The notes under the pieces were generated by a model. That model ran no database searches. It was given only the letters and a program-made list of their open reading frames with translations, and had not been told where the DNA came from. Source: Calditrichota bacterium (lineage in GTDB: Bacteria; Zhuqueibacterota; Zhuqueibacteria; Residuimicrobiales; Krinioviventaceae). From it: DNA of 38,628 bases. Every line of letters starts with the position of its first letter. The first letter of the stretch is position 1. Shown piece after piece: positions 9,538 through 18,745 of the stretch. A program made the position numbers and the translations under genes. The stretch spans positions 1-38,628 of the forward strand of contig RPQV01000002.1 in the NCBI GenBank assembly GCA_003818595.1, written 5' to 3'.

Positions 9538-10641
9538 TTGAATATTCTTTTTCTCACGCATCAGGGGGGGATGGCCGGGTCTACTTTATCGATTTATTAT
9601 TTAGCCCGTGGACTCGCTCAAAACGGTCATCGAGTGATCATCGGCTGCTCCGCTGATGTTTTACTTTATCAGCTCTTGGATCAAACTTCTATTATTCCGG
9701 CGCCCATGATTTTCAAGAATAAATTTGATCTTCAGAATATGAGGCAAATTCGTGATATTGTAAAAAGGTATCATATCGACTTGGTCAACGCTCAATCCGG
9801 CATCGATCGTTATACCTCAATCTTTGCTCGATGGATATTCAAGCTGGATGTCGCCCTCGTCCACACCCGCCGGCAAAAACCAATGAGTCTTGGTTTTTTT
9901 CTGCAGAACTGGCTCTATTATCGAGGAACAGACAAAATTATCGCCGTAAGTCATGGTGTAAAGCAGGGCTTAATTCAGATGGGTATACCGCCACATCACA
10001 TTTTGGTTATTTCCAATGGAACACCACGCGAAAAATACGAAAGCGTCAAGGCGCCCAACCTCCTAGAACTGAGACGTCGATACGGAATCAATCCCGCGAT
10101 TCCGATCATCGGCTGCGTTTCCCGGCTAAAACAACAGGACCAGCTCCTGGCGGCACTGAACTATGTTGATACCAAAACTGCCGTTATCTTTATCGGCATT
10201 GAAGAACAGCCTCAGTTCCGAGACTTTACTATTAAATATGCGGATCGTCATCAGATCATTTACGCCGGGCAATTAACACAGGCAGAAACGCTTGAACATT
10301 ATCCATTATTTGATCTTAAAGTATTACCATCAAATATGGAGGGATTATCTCAGGCGCTGTTGGAAGCCATGGCCATGGGAATTCCAGTCATTGCCACCAA
10401 AGCTTCCGGCAATTTAGACTTGATTAGGGATAATCAAAATGGACTTTATTTCGAAGAGCATAATGTTATACAGTTGGCACAGAAGATCACGCTCTTACTG
10501 GAAAATCCTGATCTGCGGCACCGATTGGCCGAATGCGGAAAACGTACTGCGCTTGAAGAGTTCTCGATCGAACGAACCATTAGTCACTATGAAAAGGAAT
10601 TCGCAGAAATTATTAAGGAACGAAATGAAAAAAAACGCTGA
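9538..10641 (+). CDS. GT4-family glycosyltransferase (RfaG/WaaG-like)
   Basis: NILFLTHQGGMAGS N-terminus and C-terminal VLPSNMEGLSQALLEAMAMGIPVIAT (E-x7-E region). The start is uncertain. The track gives TTG at 9484. I prefer TTG at 9538 (MNILFLTH), which sits downstream of the candidate promoter. Confidence 0.75.
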   Translation: MNILFLTHQGGMAGSTLSIYYLARGLAQNGHRVIIGCSADVLLYQLLDQTSIIPAPMIFKNKFDLQNMRQIRDIVKRYHIDLVNAQSGIDRYTSIFARWIFKLDVALVHTRRQKPMSLGFFLQNWLYYRGTDKIIAVSHGVKQGLIQMGIPPHHILVISNGTPREKYESVKAPNLLELRRRYGINPAIPIIGCVSRLKQQDQLLAALNYVDTKTAVIFIGIEEQPQFRDFTIKYADRHQIIYAGQLTQAETLEHYPLFDLKVLPSNMEGLSQALLEAMAMGIPVIATKASGNLDLIRDNQNGLYFEEHNVIQLAQKITLLLENPDLRHRLAECGKRTALEEFSIERTISHYEKEFAEIIKERNEKKR

Positions 10642-11653
10642 ATATCGGAACATCCTCATCATCCAGACGGCTTTTCTCGGCGACGTGATCCTCACCACTC
10701 CACTCATTCGTGCAACGCAGGAACTGTTCCCTCTTTCGGACATTGATGTTTTGGTTATTCCAGAGACGGCAACAGTCTTGGCCAATAATCCCTATATCCG
10801 CAATATTTACACTTTCGATAAACGTGCGAATAAGAAGGCCGCTTTTTTCAGCATGATTCGCGAAATAAGAAACCATCATTATGATCTGGGCATCACGCCG
10901 CATAAATCCATGACTTCCGCCCAACTCTTATGGTTGGGTGGAGTGAAAAGGAGAATCGGTTTTGCTGGCAACGCAGCCTCGCTACTCTATACGGACCGCA
11001 TCAAGTTTAATCCAACCAAGGCGCAAATTGTACGAAACCTTGATCTCTTGACCACATTCACCAGTCGTCGTTTTTCCTCTCAAACCGACATTTATTTTGA
11101 TAAAGAGATAAAAGGAAAAGCAGCAGTCTTACTGCAGCCTTTTCAAAAATTTTCAAACCGGATTGCGATCGCCCCTGGATCTGTGTGGGCAACAAAACGT
11201 TGGCCGGAGGAAAAATACATCGAATTAGCCGCGCGACTGAAAAAACACGATGTTTTGCTGGTGTTCATCGGAAGTGTTGATGAATGGGGACTTTGTCAAC
11301 GAATTATAGACGCGAGCCGCACCTCTCAAGCTATAAATCTGGCTGGAAAGACCAACCTGCTGGAAGCCGCTGCATTAACCGCCGCCTGTCATCTGATGAT
11401 CTGTAATGACAGTGGTGCACTTCATCTGGCGAACGCTGTTAAAACAGATGTCTTTGCATTCTTCGGCCCAACTGTGCGCTCCTTCGGGTTCGCCCCTTTT
11501 CGCGAAAACGACCGCGTCTTTGAGAGTGAGATCAGCTGTCGCCCATGCAGCACGCATGGCGGCGATGAATGCCCACTAAAGCACTTTAACTGTATGCAAA
11601 ACATCAGCGTCGAGCGGGTTTATCGTTCGATATGCGATCACTTGAGTCTATAG
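10625..11653 (+). CDS. GT9 ADP-heptose:LPS heptosyltransferase (WaaF-like)
   Basis: ILIIQTAFLGDVILTTPLIRA, IAIAPGSVWATKRWP, NLAGKTNLLEAAAL, and ICNDSGALHLANA. The start trimmed to MKKNAEYRN (ATG 10625) overlaps the GT4 stop by 17 nt. The upstream part of the track ORF is a spurious extension. Confidence 0.85.
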   Translation: MKKNAEYRNILIIQTAFLGDVILTTPLIRATQELFPLSDIDVLVIPETATVLANNPYIRNIYTFDKRANKKAAFFSMIREIRNHHYDLGITPHKSMTSAQLLWLGGVKRRIGFAGNAASLLYTDRIKFNPTKAQIVRNLDLLTTFTSRRFSSQTDIYFDKEIKGKAAVLLQPFQKFSNRIAIAPGSVWATKRWPEEKYIELAARLKKHDVLLVFIGSVDEWGLCQRIIDASRTSQAINLAGKTNLLEAAALTAACHLMICNDSGALHLANAVKTDVFAFFGPTVRSFGFAPFRENDRVFESEISCRPCSTHGGDECPLKHFNCMQNISVERVYRSICDHLSL

Positions 11654-11665
11654 TCGTTCAAAATA

Positions 11666-12427
11666 TCAATAGAGTTGATTCGGCCGATGTTTTTTCTCCC
11701 ATATCATGAGATATTTCATATAGGCGGCAAATGCCGAATTGACAGCAAGGATAAGACCCTGTTTGCCGTCCAGAAAACCGGCCTTTAAAAGGTATATCTG
11801 CACGAATTCCAATATACCTCTCAATACTGATCTCCCGACATTGCTTGTTTTTCCCTTTTCCACCTTTTCCTGCGCACCCAAAGAAGCATATTTATCAATC
11901 TTGGCAATATGAGATGACAAGGTGGGGAAAGTATAATGTTTTAAAATTTGTTCGATGATGCCCGCTTGCCCTCTTAATTCGACGCCTTCGTGCACCGGTT
12001 TCTCATTAAAGCGGCCAAATTGACGATTGAAAAAGCGAAGAGGATAATCTTTATTCCAACCACTGTGTTTCATGAGACGGCCGAGATAAAAGGAACGTCG
12101 ATTGATTCGATAACCCTGAAAATCAGAGCCACTATTTCTGATTTCTAATAGACGTTGAGCCAGGTCGAAAGAAACCTCCTCATCCGCATCAATAGAAAAA
12201 ATCCAGTCGAATTGTGCAGAATCTACCGCAAGTTGCTTGGTGCAGCCAAAACCCAGCCATTCACTGCTGACAATATGGCATCCATAACGTATGCAAATCT
12301 CTAGAGTTTTATCAGTTGAGCCGGAATCAATGACGATAATTTCATCTGCCCACTGCACTGATTTCAGACAGCGTTCGATATTTCGTTCTTCATTCAAGGT
12401 GATAATAGTGACTGATATGTTAAGCAT
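11666..12427 (-). CDS. GT2-family glycosyltransferase (LPS core, KdtX/WaaE-like)
   Basis: ISVTIITLNEERNIERCLKSVQWADEIIVIDSGSTDKT and SIDADE (DxD). The true start MLNISV (ATG 12427) overlaps the upstream GT9 stop by 8 nt. The first 107 codons of the track ORF are an extension. Confidence 0.8.
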   Translation of the reverse strand: MLNISVTIITLNEERNIERCLKSVQWADEIIVIDSGSTDKTLEICIRYGCHIVSSEWLGFGCTKQLAVDSAQFDWIFSIDADEEVSFDLAQRLLEIRNSGSDFQGYRINRRSFYLGRLMKHSGWNKDYPLRFFNRQFGRFNEKPVHEGVELRGQAGIIEQILKHYTFPTLSSHIAKIDKYASLGAQEKVEKGKTSNVGRSVLRGILEFVQIYLLKAGFLDGKQGLILAVNSAFAAYMKYLMIWEKKHRPNQLY

Positions 12428-13484
12428 AAATTTTGATGCCAAATTGAGGTGCAATCTCTTTAAAGCGGGCAAACGCTTCCTCGGGGTTATAGTCGTAATC
12501 CCGCGTAAAATTAACCCGCCAGTTAAATTCCGGATTAAAAAGATGAAAATGGGTGGCGACATAACCCTGTGGCGACCATGACTGTGGGTTGATGATGCCA
12601 AAGAAAGCCAGGGTTGGCGTTTTGGTGGCAACGGCCATATGATTGATGCCGCCATCATTACAAAACAGAAAACGCGCCCGTCGAAGGGCGGCAGAACATT
12701 GGTCAATATTGGTGGAAGGAAGTACCCAAAGTGGTCGACAAGCGGCATTTCTCATTTCTTCCACATAAGACTCTTCGCCGGGCCCCCAAATGACCACTGG
12801 GGTCAACTCTGTCTTTTGCCCAATGATATCAGCCAACCTTGCGAAATGATCTCCGGACCAGGCTTTTTGCGGATAGGATGATCCCGGGGAAAACAACGCT
12901 ATCTGCTTGTCCTGCAGTCCTTGCTGCTGAATCCAATGATCAATAAATTCATTCGCCTGCGGGCTTGAATAAATAAAGAGTTCAAACGGTTCCTCTTCTA
13001 TCCCCAAAGGTTTGAGCGTATCAAAACGCTTTGCTGCGTTATAACGTTCCGGGCCATCTGCCGCCAGCAGATTATAAAACAGTCGCCCTTTCCCCTGCTC
13101 ATTTCCCAGACGGTAGCGTGCGCCGCTCAATGCAATGATTTGTGCGGAAAACGTAGAGTTATTCGAGTCAATGATCAGATCATACTTTTTCCGCCGCACC
13201 TTTAAAAAAAGTTTTACCCGATTGTACAGATCCTTCCTGCCGTGGTACCTGTGTACCGGGAAAATATTTGATAAATGGGGGTGGTTAAGTAAAAGGCGAT
13301 CGTAGGGTATATAAACCAAAAAATCAATCTGTGCAGCGGGAAATTTTCGCCTTAATGCATGTAAATATCCGGAAGTGAGCAACACATCTCCCAATGGCCG
13401 CAGATGGACAATGAGTATTTTTTTGATGCTTTCTGGGTTAAACGCTTTATTACGACCGATAATCCACATATTGTTTTTCTTCAA
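12420..13484 (-). CDS. GT9 heptosyltransferase-family protein
   Basis: KILIVHLRPLGDVLLTSGYLHALRRKFP, IALFSPGSSYPQKAW, and FCNDGGINHMAVA. Confidence 0.8.
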   Translation of the reverse strand: MKKNNMWIIGRNKAFNPESIKKILIVHLRPLGDVLLTSGYLHALRRKFPAAQIDFLVYIPYDRLLLNHPHLSNIFPVHRYHGRKDLYNRVKLFLKVRRKKYDLIIDSNNSTFSAQIIALSGARYRLGNEQGKGRLFYNLLAADGPERYNAAKRFDTLKPLGIEEEPFELFIYSSPQANEFIDHWIQQQGLQDKQIALFSPGSSYPQKAWSGDHFARLADIIGQKTELTPVVIWGPGEESYVEEMRNAACRPLWVLPSTNIDQCSAALRRARFLFCNDGGINHMAVATKTPTLAFFGIINPQSWSPQGYVATHFHLFNPEFNWRVNFTRDYDYNPEEAFARFKEIAPQFGIKIYA

Positions 13485-13830
13485 TCAAATTCGATCCCGT
13501 ATGGGTATTGATCCGCTTTTTAATCTCAGCACGACGATCATTTTCGAAATAGACACTGCGCGCCAACTGGATGAACTCATCATCGAATGCTCGCTGCTGT
13601 TCTTTGCGACGGATTTGGTCTTCGATATCCCACAATGATCTATTAACCGAAAGAAGATCTTTAAAATCGGGTGAATCTGGGGTGAAATGAATTAAAGACA
13701 TCGCTTCAGCCAGCAGCTGATATTCCTTTTGGATATTGGCTGTTTTAATGGGATCGCTCATTTTTTCCAGCTTAATGAGGAGAATTGTCACTTTATCGAC
13801 CAACTCGCCATTGGAAATTTCGATTTTCAT
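13450..13830 (-). CDS. small conserved hypothetical protein (DUF6165-like, from memory)
   Basis: The trimmed ORF starts MKIEISNGELVDKVTILLIKLEKM (ATG 13830) and is preceded by GGAGG. The helical, charged sequence includes LWDIEDQIRRKE and ARSVYFENDRRAEIKKRIN. I recall this pattern from small proteins next to glycosyltransferases. Confidence 0.5.
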   Translation of the reverse strand: MKIEISNGELVDKVTILLIKLEKMSDPIKTANIQKEYQLLAEAMSLIHFTPDSPDFKDLLSVNRSLWDIEDQIRRKEQQRAFDDEFIQLARSVYFENDRRAEIKKRINTHTGSNLIEEKQYVDYRS

Positions 13831-13843
13831 ATACCTCCGACCG

Positions 13844-14692
13844 TTACAAGTTGATAACCGACAACTCGTCATCCTCCAAAGGATTGACAAGTCCGAACTC
13901 ACAGACCATATCATTTTTTTTATGAATCGCAGCTTTTCTTTGCAGATAATACTCCTGATTCACCCGTTTTTCGCCTTCGCGATAAGGAGCGTGATACATA
14001 TGTACGGGAAACTCACTCTCAAAAGGATTGAGACCGAGAACACCGCTTTGATGGAGCCTCCGTCCCATATCATCATCTTCATTACCCCAGCCTTGATATC
14101 GCTCATCATAACCATTGATGCGCACATAATCTTCACGATTCACCAAACAAACGCCTCCTCGCAGCTTGGGACCTATTTGACGGAGACGATATTTTTTAAA
14201 AAAATGATAAAGTGTATCTCTACGATATTGTTGTCTGACTTCTTTGACTTGTTCAGATGTCACCAGTTCATGAAAGTTGCCATCGATAATCATTTTGTCT
14301 GTCAATTGTTCAGTCTGTTGCAACGTCAATCGAATAGGCCAGGCCACTTGGAACCGTCCAGGGCGAAGATGATCAACAAAAGTACGAAAATAGTTTTTAG
14401 TATAAATGATGTCTTGATCTAAAAAAATCAGATGGTCGCCTTCTGCAATCCTAACGGCGTTGTTCCGCGATCTCGAGAGACGAAAGCCTTTATGCTCCTG
14501 TCTGACATATTTCACCCTCATCTTCAATTCAGGAATGAATTTTTTTATTGTTTCAATCATCTCACCAGAAGACCCATCGTCAGAAATGATCAATTCATCC
14601 GGCCTAATCGATTGTGAGGCAAGGCAAAGCAGACCGCGCGCGAGAAAATCAGCCCGATTATGTACCGTAATAATAACCGTCAATAAACCCAT
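13844..14692 (-). CDS. GT2 glycosyltransferase with galactosyltransferase-like C-terminal region
   Basis: LTVIITVHNRADFL, ELIISDDGSSGE, FLDQD (DxD), and GWGNEDDDMGRRL, which is typical of the beta-1,4-galactosyltransferase-type C-terminus. Confidence 0.75.
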   Translation of the reverse strand: MGLLTVIITVHNRADFLARGLLCLASQSIRPDELIISDDGSSGEMIETIKKFIPELKMRVKYVRQEHKGFRLSRSRNNAVRIAEGDHLIFLDQDIIYTKNYFRTFVDHLRPGRFQVAWPIRLTLQQTEQLTDKMIIDGNFHELVTSEQVKEVRQQYRRDTLYHFFKKYRLRQIGPKLRGGVCLVNREDYVRINGYDERYQGWGNEDDDMGRRLHQSGVLGLNPFESEFPVHMYHAPYREGEKRVNQEYYLQRKAAIHKKNDMVCEFGLVNPLEDDELSVINL

Positions 14693-14742
14693 ATTAAAAA
14701 AATGTCCTTTCCTTCCTGTTGGTCAAACTTTGCCATAGACGG

Positions 14743-15495
14743 TCAGAGCAGTTTGTTTTTACGTAAAAACAATCCAACTTGGTAAATTCCGCGACGATAA
14801 CCCTTAAAATGCATGTCTCTCGCCCGCATTTTTTCCGATGCCTGCAGCTCCTTAATGGTTGAACGCGTCGAGATGCCGTGTCCTTCCACAAAAACAGAAA
14901 CCAGCGTATCAATATGACTGAACTGCATTTGATGCATAAGCGCCCTCAGAAACCATTCGTAATCGGCTGCAATTTGAAAAGAAGGGTCGTAGCAGCCGAT
15001 TTCATCGAATGCACCTTTACGAATGAACGTCGAAGCATGGGGTAAACTGCCGCTATAGAAATCCAGCCGCGATCGTTTCTTGGGCCGCCAAATTCGAGAA
15101 CTGCCGGAAAGTTCATTTAATAACAGTTGATTGCCGTAAAAGACATCAACATTGGCTGTCACCTCGGCAATCCGTCTGACAGCATTTTCAATCGCCGTGG
15201 AATGGCAGAAAAAATCCCCGCCATTGAGGAAAATACAATAATCACCGGTTGCAGCGCGAATTCCTTTATTCATCGCATCATAAATACCCTTGTCAGGTTC
15301 TCGAATCAAGGTGGTGATGTGAGACCGGTAGGCGTTTATTCGGTCATAGGTTCCATCCGTCGAAGCTCCATCGATCACTATGTAATCGATGTGGGGGTAG
15401 GTTTGTTCCGCAACACTGAATAAGGTGCGCTCAATCTGGCCGACCGCATTACGACAGATAGTGATGATTGAAATGATCAGATTATTCTTTTGCAT
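14743..15495 (-). CDS. GT2-family glycosyltransferase (WcaA-like)
   Basis: LIISIITICRNAVGQIERTLFSVAEQTYPHIDYIVIDGASTDGT and GIYDAMNKG. The start is either ATG 15495 (MQKNN) or ATG 15510. Confidence 0.8.
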   Translation of the reverse strand: MQKNNLIISIITICRNAVGQIERTLFSVAEQTYPHIDYIVIDGASTDGTYDRINAYRSHITTLIREPDKGIYDAMNKGIRAATGDYCIFLNGGDFFCHSTAIENAVRRIAEVTANVDVFYGNQLLLNELSGSSRIWRPKKRSRLDFYSGSLPHASTFIRKGAFDEIGCYDPSFQIAADYEWFLRALMHQMQFSHIDTLVSVFVEGHGISTRSTIKELQASEKMRARDMHFKGYRRGIYQVGLFLRKNKLL

Positions 15496-16696
15496 CTTGC
15501 AGCAGCTCATCCGCCGCAGAGCAAACTCGTGCGACCGTTATCGAATGAATCGGAATGTTGTTCTTATAATCTGATGCATACTGAGTAAATTGACCGGTTT
15601 TCTTCAGCTCTTCCATTTGAGGAGGGAAAATGAACCGCAACCAATTATTAAAATTTTCCGGATAATGATTAAACCGAAATGCGTGGGAGCCGCTGGTGAC
15701 ACAAATAGTTCTGGTCCCCTGTGCAGCAGCCATATGCATGGCGGCGGTATCATTGGAAATGACAATCGCAGCATGTTTGAGTAAAAAAGCCAATTCAACC
15801 AGCGTAGTCTTGTCGCAATAATTAATGATAGGAGGCGTCAGCTTTTTTATTAGTGCACGGATCCGTTTCCGATCCGCTTTGCCGTGCCCAACGATGACCG
15901 GGAAGAGTCCATACTGCTGACGAAGGTAAGTAACGACGTGATCAAAGCCAAGCCATGTCTTATAATGTGAACTCGCACCGGGAACAATCACTGCATATTT
16001 TTCATTCGGAAGCGTGAAACTCGTGGAATTGGGAAACTCAAGAGTCGGCTGCAGACATTCAATTTCCTGATTGATGAAGGCGCTGATGATTTCACGATTC
16101 CTTTCGAATTCAAAACGTGGAGTCTCTGAAACCTGAATCAAACGGTGATAAAAGGTGTCAGTTACTGCTTTTTGATCGGGACGTTCTTGAGAATCGTCGC
16201 CCATAACGCCAACGCATTCAGGCGCTTGAGAGGCATAGATTAAAAGGTCGCCGTAAATTTCTCGTGAAAACGTAGGCTGCAACGCCGTTTCGAATCCGCG
16301 CGAATGAATTTCCTCCATCATCTGCAAATAATAGGATTTGTCTTTAATAAAACGATCACGATCTACCCAAATGAAATGATCAACATTACTTTGGTCTAAA
16401 GATTCTGCAAGGTTTTTGTAGACAATATTGCCGCATAATGTTATTGTATAGTTACGGTATCGCTCGCTATTGCGGATGTACCGGAGAAAATTGCGAAACA
16501 GGATATAATCGCCAATTAAATCAATTCTAACCAGCAGTAGTGTTTGAGGGTGGACTGCGGGTGCAACTGCAGATGCCCAATGGTGCTTTTTTATTTGCGG
16601 TAATATTACATTGGTGATGAATCGTCTTTTACGAAAACGATGACCTACCGAGTCGCTGATCTCCCACAATATTTTTTTTTCATCCTTTGAGCGCAT
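15482..16696 (-). CDS. GT9 heptosyltransferase-like glycosyltransferase, long divergent N-terminus
   Basis: LLLVRIDLIGDYILFRNFLRYI, AVIVPGASSHYKTW, DKTTLVELAFLL, and ISNDTAAMHMAAAQG. Confidence 0.7.
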   Translation of the reverse strand: MRSKDEKKILWEISDSVGHRFRKRRFITNVILPQIKKHHWASAVAPAVHPQTLLLVRIDLIGDYILFRNFLRYIRNSERYRNYTITLCGNIVYKNLAESLDQSNVDHFIWVDRDRFIKDKSYYLQMMEEIHSRGFETALQPTFSREIYGDLLIYASQAPECVGVMGDDSQERPDQKAVTDTFYHRLIQVSETPRFEFERNREIISAFINQEIECLQPTLEFPNSTSFTLPNEKYAVIVPGASSHYKTWLGFDHVVTYLRQQYGLFPVIVGHGKADRKRIRALIKKLTPPIINYCDKTTLVELAFLLKHAAIVISNDTAAMHMAAAQGTRTICVTSGSHAFRFNHYPENFNNWLRFIFPPQMEELKKTGQFTQYASDYKNNIPIHSITVARVCSAADELLQDAKE

Positions 16697-17774
16697 TCAT
16701 ATACTCACGCAAGGCTTTAGCTTTGATTTCCTTCATATATCCAGGAAAAGTATTTTTTAATGCATTGAGGGCTCGATAACCATCGAAAAGCGACTCCTCA
16801 TCCGCATCATTCACATAGAGCACCGGCAGTCCAATTTCTTTAATCATTTGAGTTCGCGTGTCGCTGCCAATGACTAACGCTGGTTTTCCAAAACTCGCCA
16901 TTGCCAAGGCGCCATGAATTCGATTGACAATTCCAAACTTGGCGCCGGCAAAAAATTGCAGATAGGCTGTTGAATCAGGCGCCGCATAAAAAATATCCCC
17001 TTGAGGATCCAGCTGCCTGGCCAACAGATATTCTTCTCGATTATGACAACAGATTACAACTTTTTCGCTCTGTTTGATTTTATGATAAAATCTATTGAAT
17101 TCCGTACGCCATTTCTGCTCATTAATCTCCTGTTTAAAGGTATAATGTGCTCCTCGCTGCATGAAATTGACCACCACATATTGATCCTCGCGGCTTTGCA
17201 AAGAATATTCATCGGCTGCAAATAGAGAAGTGCACGGCAAAACAGGAGCGTCGAATCCAGAAAAATTGAGCATTTTCTGCGCTATTCGATCACGCAGAGT
17301 GGTCGTTTTCGCCAAAGTGAACAGCTCTCTAATATAAGCCTGGCAATCCAGGCAGACTTCGCTGCCATCGGAAAAAAAAGTCTGGCAGGAACCACCGGCA
17401 ATGTTCAAAAATTCAGCTGCAGAATGCTGCTGCCGACGCTGCACAAGCGGTACAAACCATTCATTATCGTAGCAATGGGCTTTCGCTGTTTCATGACACC
17501 AGTAAATAGGAGCGCCGCTCTGTACCAGCCAATCAGCTTTGAGAACACGATCACTCGTCAAATTGAGCGGCAGCAAATCGTCGACTTTCTGCAGCGCTTT
17601 GAATCGACGCAAACTCCCCATCCCGATTCGTGCTGTCAAGGGAACATGCTTGTGGATGTTAAAGAATTTAATATTGTTGTTTTTTACGGCTCTTTTGATC
17701 AGATATTTCAGGCCGTCCCGCACAAAATCATCGCCGACATTATGCCGTATTGTTGTGATAAAGGTAATGATCAT
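16680..17774 (-). CDS. polysaccharide pyruvyl transferase-family protein
   Basis: N-terminal HNVGDDFVRDGL and C-terminal VNRIHGALAMASFGKPALVIGSDTR resemble the two conserved blocks of the PS_pyruv_trans (WcaK/CsaB) family. Motif-level call only. Confidence 0.55.
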   Translation of the reverse strand: MIITFITTIRHNVGDDFVRDGLKYLIKRAVKNNNIKFFNIHKHVPLTARIGMGSLRRFKALQKVDDLLPLNLTSDRVLKADWLVQSGAPIYWCHETAKAHCYDNEWFVPLVQRRQQHSAAEFLNIAGGSCQTFFSDGSEVCLDCQAYIRELFTLAKTTTLRDRIAQKMLNFSGFDAPVLPCTSLFAADEYSLQSREDQYVVVNFMQRGAHYTFKQEINEQKWRTEFNRFYHKIKQSEKVVICCHNREEYLLARQLDPQGDIFYAAPDSTAYLQFFAGAKFGIVNRIHGALAMASFGKPALVIGSDTRTQMIKEIGLPVLYVNDADEESLFDGYRALNALKNTFPGYMKEIKAKALREYMNALKG

Positions 17775-17813
17775 TTTAGCAAATTTGATGGAATGATTGG
17801 TCAGTTTGTGAGC

Positions 17814-18704
17814 TCATACATCCGACGGCTTGGTTTTCCAACGCTTATGCATCCAAAACCAGTGATCCGGCCAACGTCGAATTTTATCCTCCAGCACTTT
17901 TACATGACGTTGAGTAAAAATCCGAATGTTCTCTTCATTTGAGTCCGACAGATCATCATAATCAATTTTTTCCAGGTAAACGTGATAATTGCCCTTGGGA
18001 ACCAGAATGCATACGCCGAAGATGACATGGGCTCGAGTTTTTAAAGCCAAAGCGGCAGGTCCTGGAGCTGTGGCAGAAGGCTGATTGAAAAAATTGACAA
18101 AAATCCCTTCACGATGAGCATCCTGATCGGGCAGTATCGCTACAAATTTATTCTGCTTTAAAGAACGTAAAAATTCCCTGACATTCATTCCCAATGCAAC
18201 TGCTTCGAGTCCCACTGACAATCGATATTTAGTGATCATCGTATCAACCAGATGATTACGTTGGTGTTTTGCAATCGCCACGATGGGATAGCCAAGCGCG
18301 CGAATGGCGCAAGCCATGATCTCCCAGTTGCCAAAATGACCGGTCGATAAGAGTGTACCGCGACCCGATTGATATGCCTCGTGCAACAGGTTTGAGTTAT
18401 ACATGATTACGCGCTTGTTGAGTTCTGTCTTTGAACGTATTGGTGTCCGCATAAATTCAAACAGATTCTGCCCGATATTCATATACGATTGTCTGGCGAT
18501 TCGTCGTTTTTCAGCTTTTGACTTTTCAGGGAATGCTTTGGTAAGGTTATCGAAAACAACTGACTTGCGTATGGGAACGAAATAGTAAGCAAAACACCCT
18601 AATAGACGGCCTAATCTGACAGTTGCTGCCGGACTAAGAGATTGTACTATATACGCGATCTGTAGGAGAAGCCGGTATTCAATGACATTTTTCTGTAATT
18701 TCAT
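17814..18704 (-). CDS. lpxL: lipid A late (Kdo-dependent) acyltransferase, LpxL/LpxM/HtrB family
   Basis: An N-terminal TM segment, then the LSTGHFGNWE (HX4-type) motif, ILPDQD, and FFNQPSATAPGPAALA. Confidence 0.75.
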   Translation of the reverse strand: MKLQKNVIEYRLLLQIAYIVQSLSPAATVRLGRLLGCFAYYFVPIRKSVVFDNLTKAFPEKSKAEKRRIARQSYMNIGQNLFEFMRTPIRSKTELNKRVIMYNSNLLHEAYQSGRGTLLSTGHFGNWEIMACAIRALGYPIVAIAKHQRNHLVDTMITKYRLSVGLEAVALGMNVREFLRSLKQNKFVAILPDQDAHREGIFVNFFNQPSATAPGPAALALKTRAHVIFGVCILVPKGNYHVYLEKIDYDDLSDSNEENIRIFTQRHVKVLEDKIRRWPDHWFWMHKRWKTKPSDV

Positions 18705-18745
18705 GTCAGAATTTAGGTAATCATCGTCAAATTCACAACAAAACT

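Noticed and set aside
10439-10624. 62-codon N-terminal extension of the GT9 ORF (track 10439-11653)
   Set aside because: It overlaps the conserved C-terminus of the GT4 gene. The GT9 domain begins right after MKKNAEYRN at 10625.
12428-12748. 107-codon N-terminal extension of the GT2 ORF (track 11666-12748)
   Set aside because: The extension overlaps the 3' end of the GT9 gene in another frame. The GT2 fold starts at MLNISVTIITLNE, and the ATG at 12427 gives a typical 8-nt stop/start overlap.
13736-14422. 228-aa plus-strand ORF
   Set aside because: It is antisense to the GT2 and DUF6165-like genes. The I/F/L-rich sequence is typical of reverse-frame reading of an AT-rich gene.
17424-17942. 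172-aa plus-strand ORF
   Set aside because: It is antisense to the pyruvyl-transferase-like and lpxL genes, has no motif, and spans an intergenic gap of the real genes.
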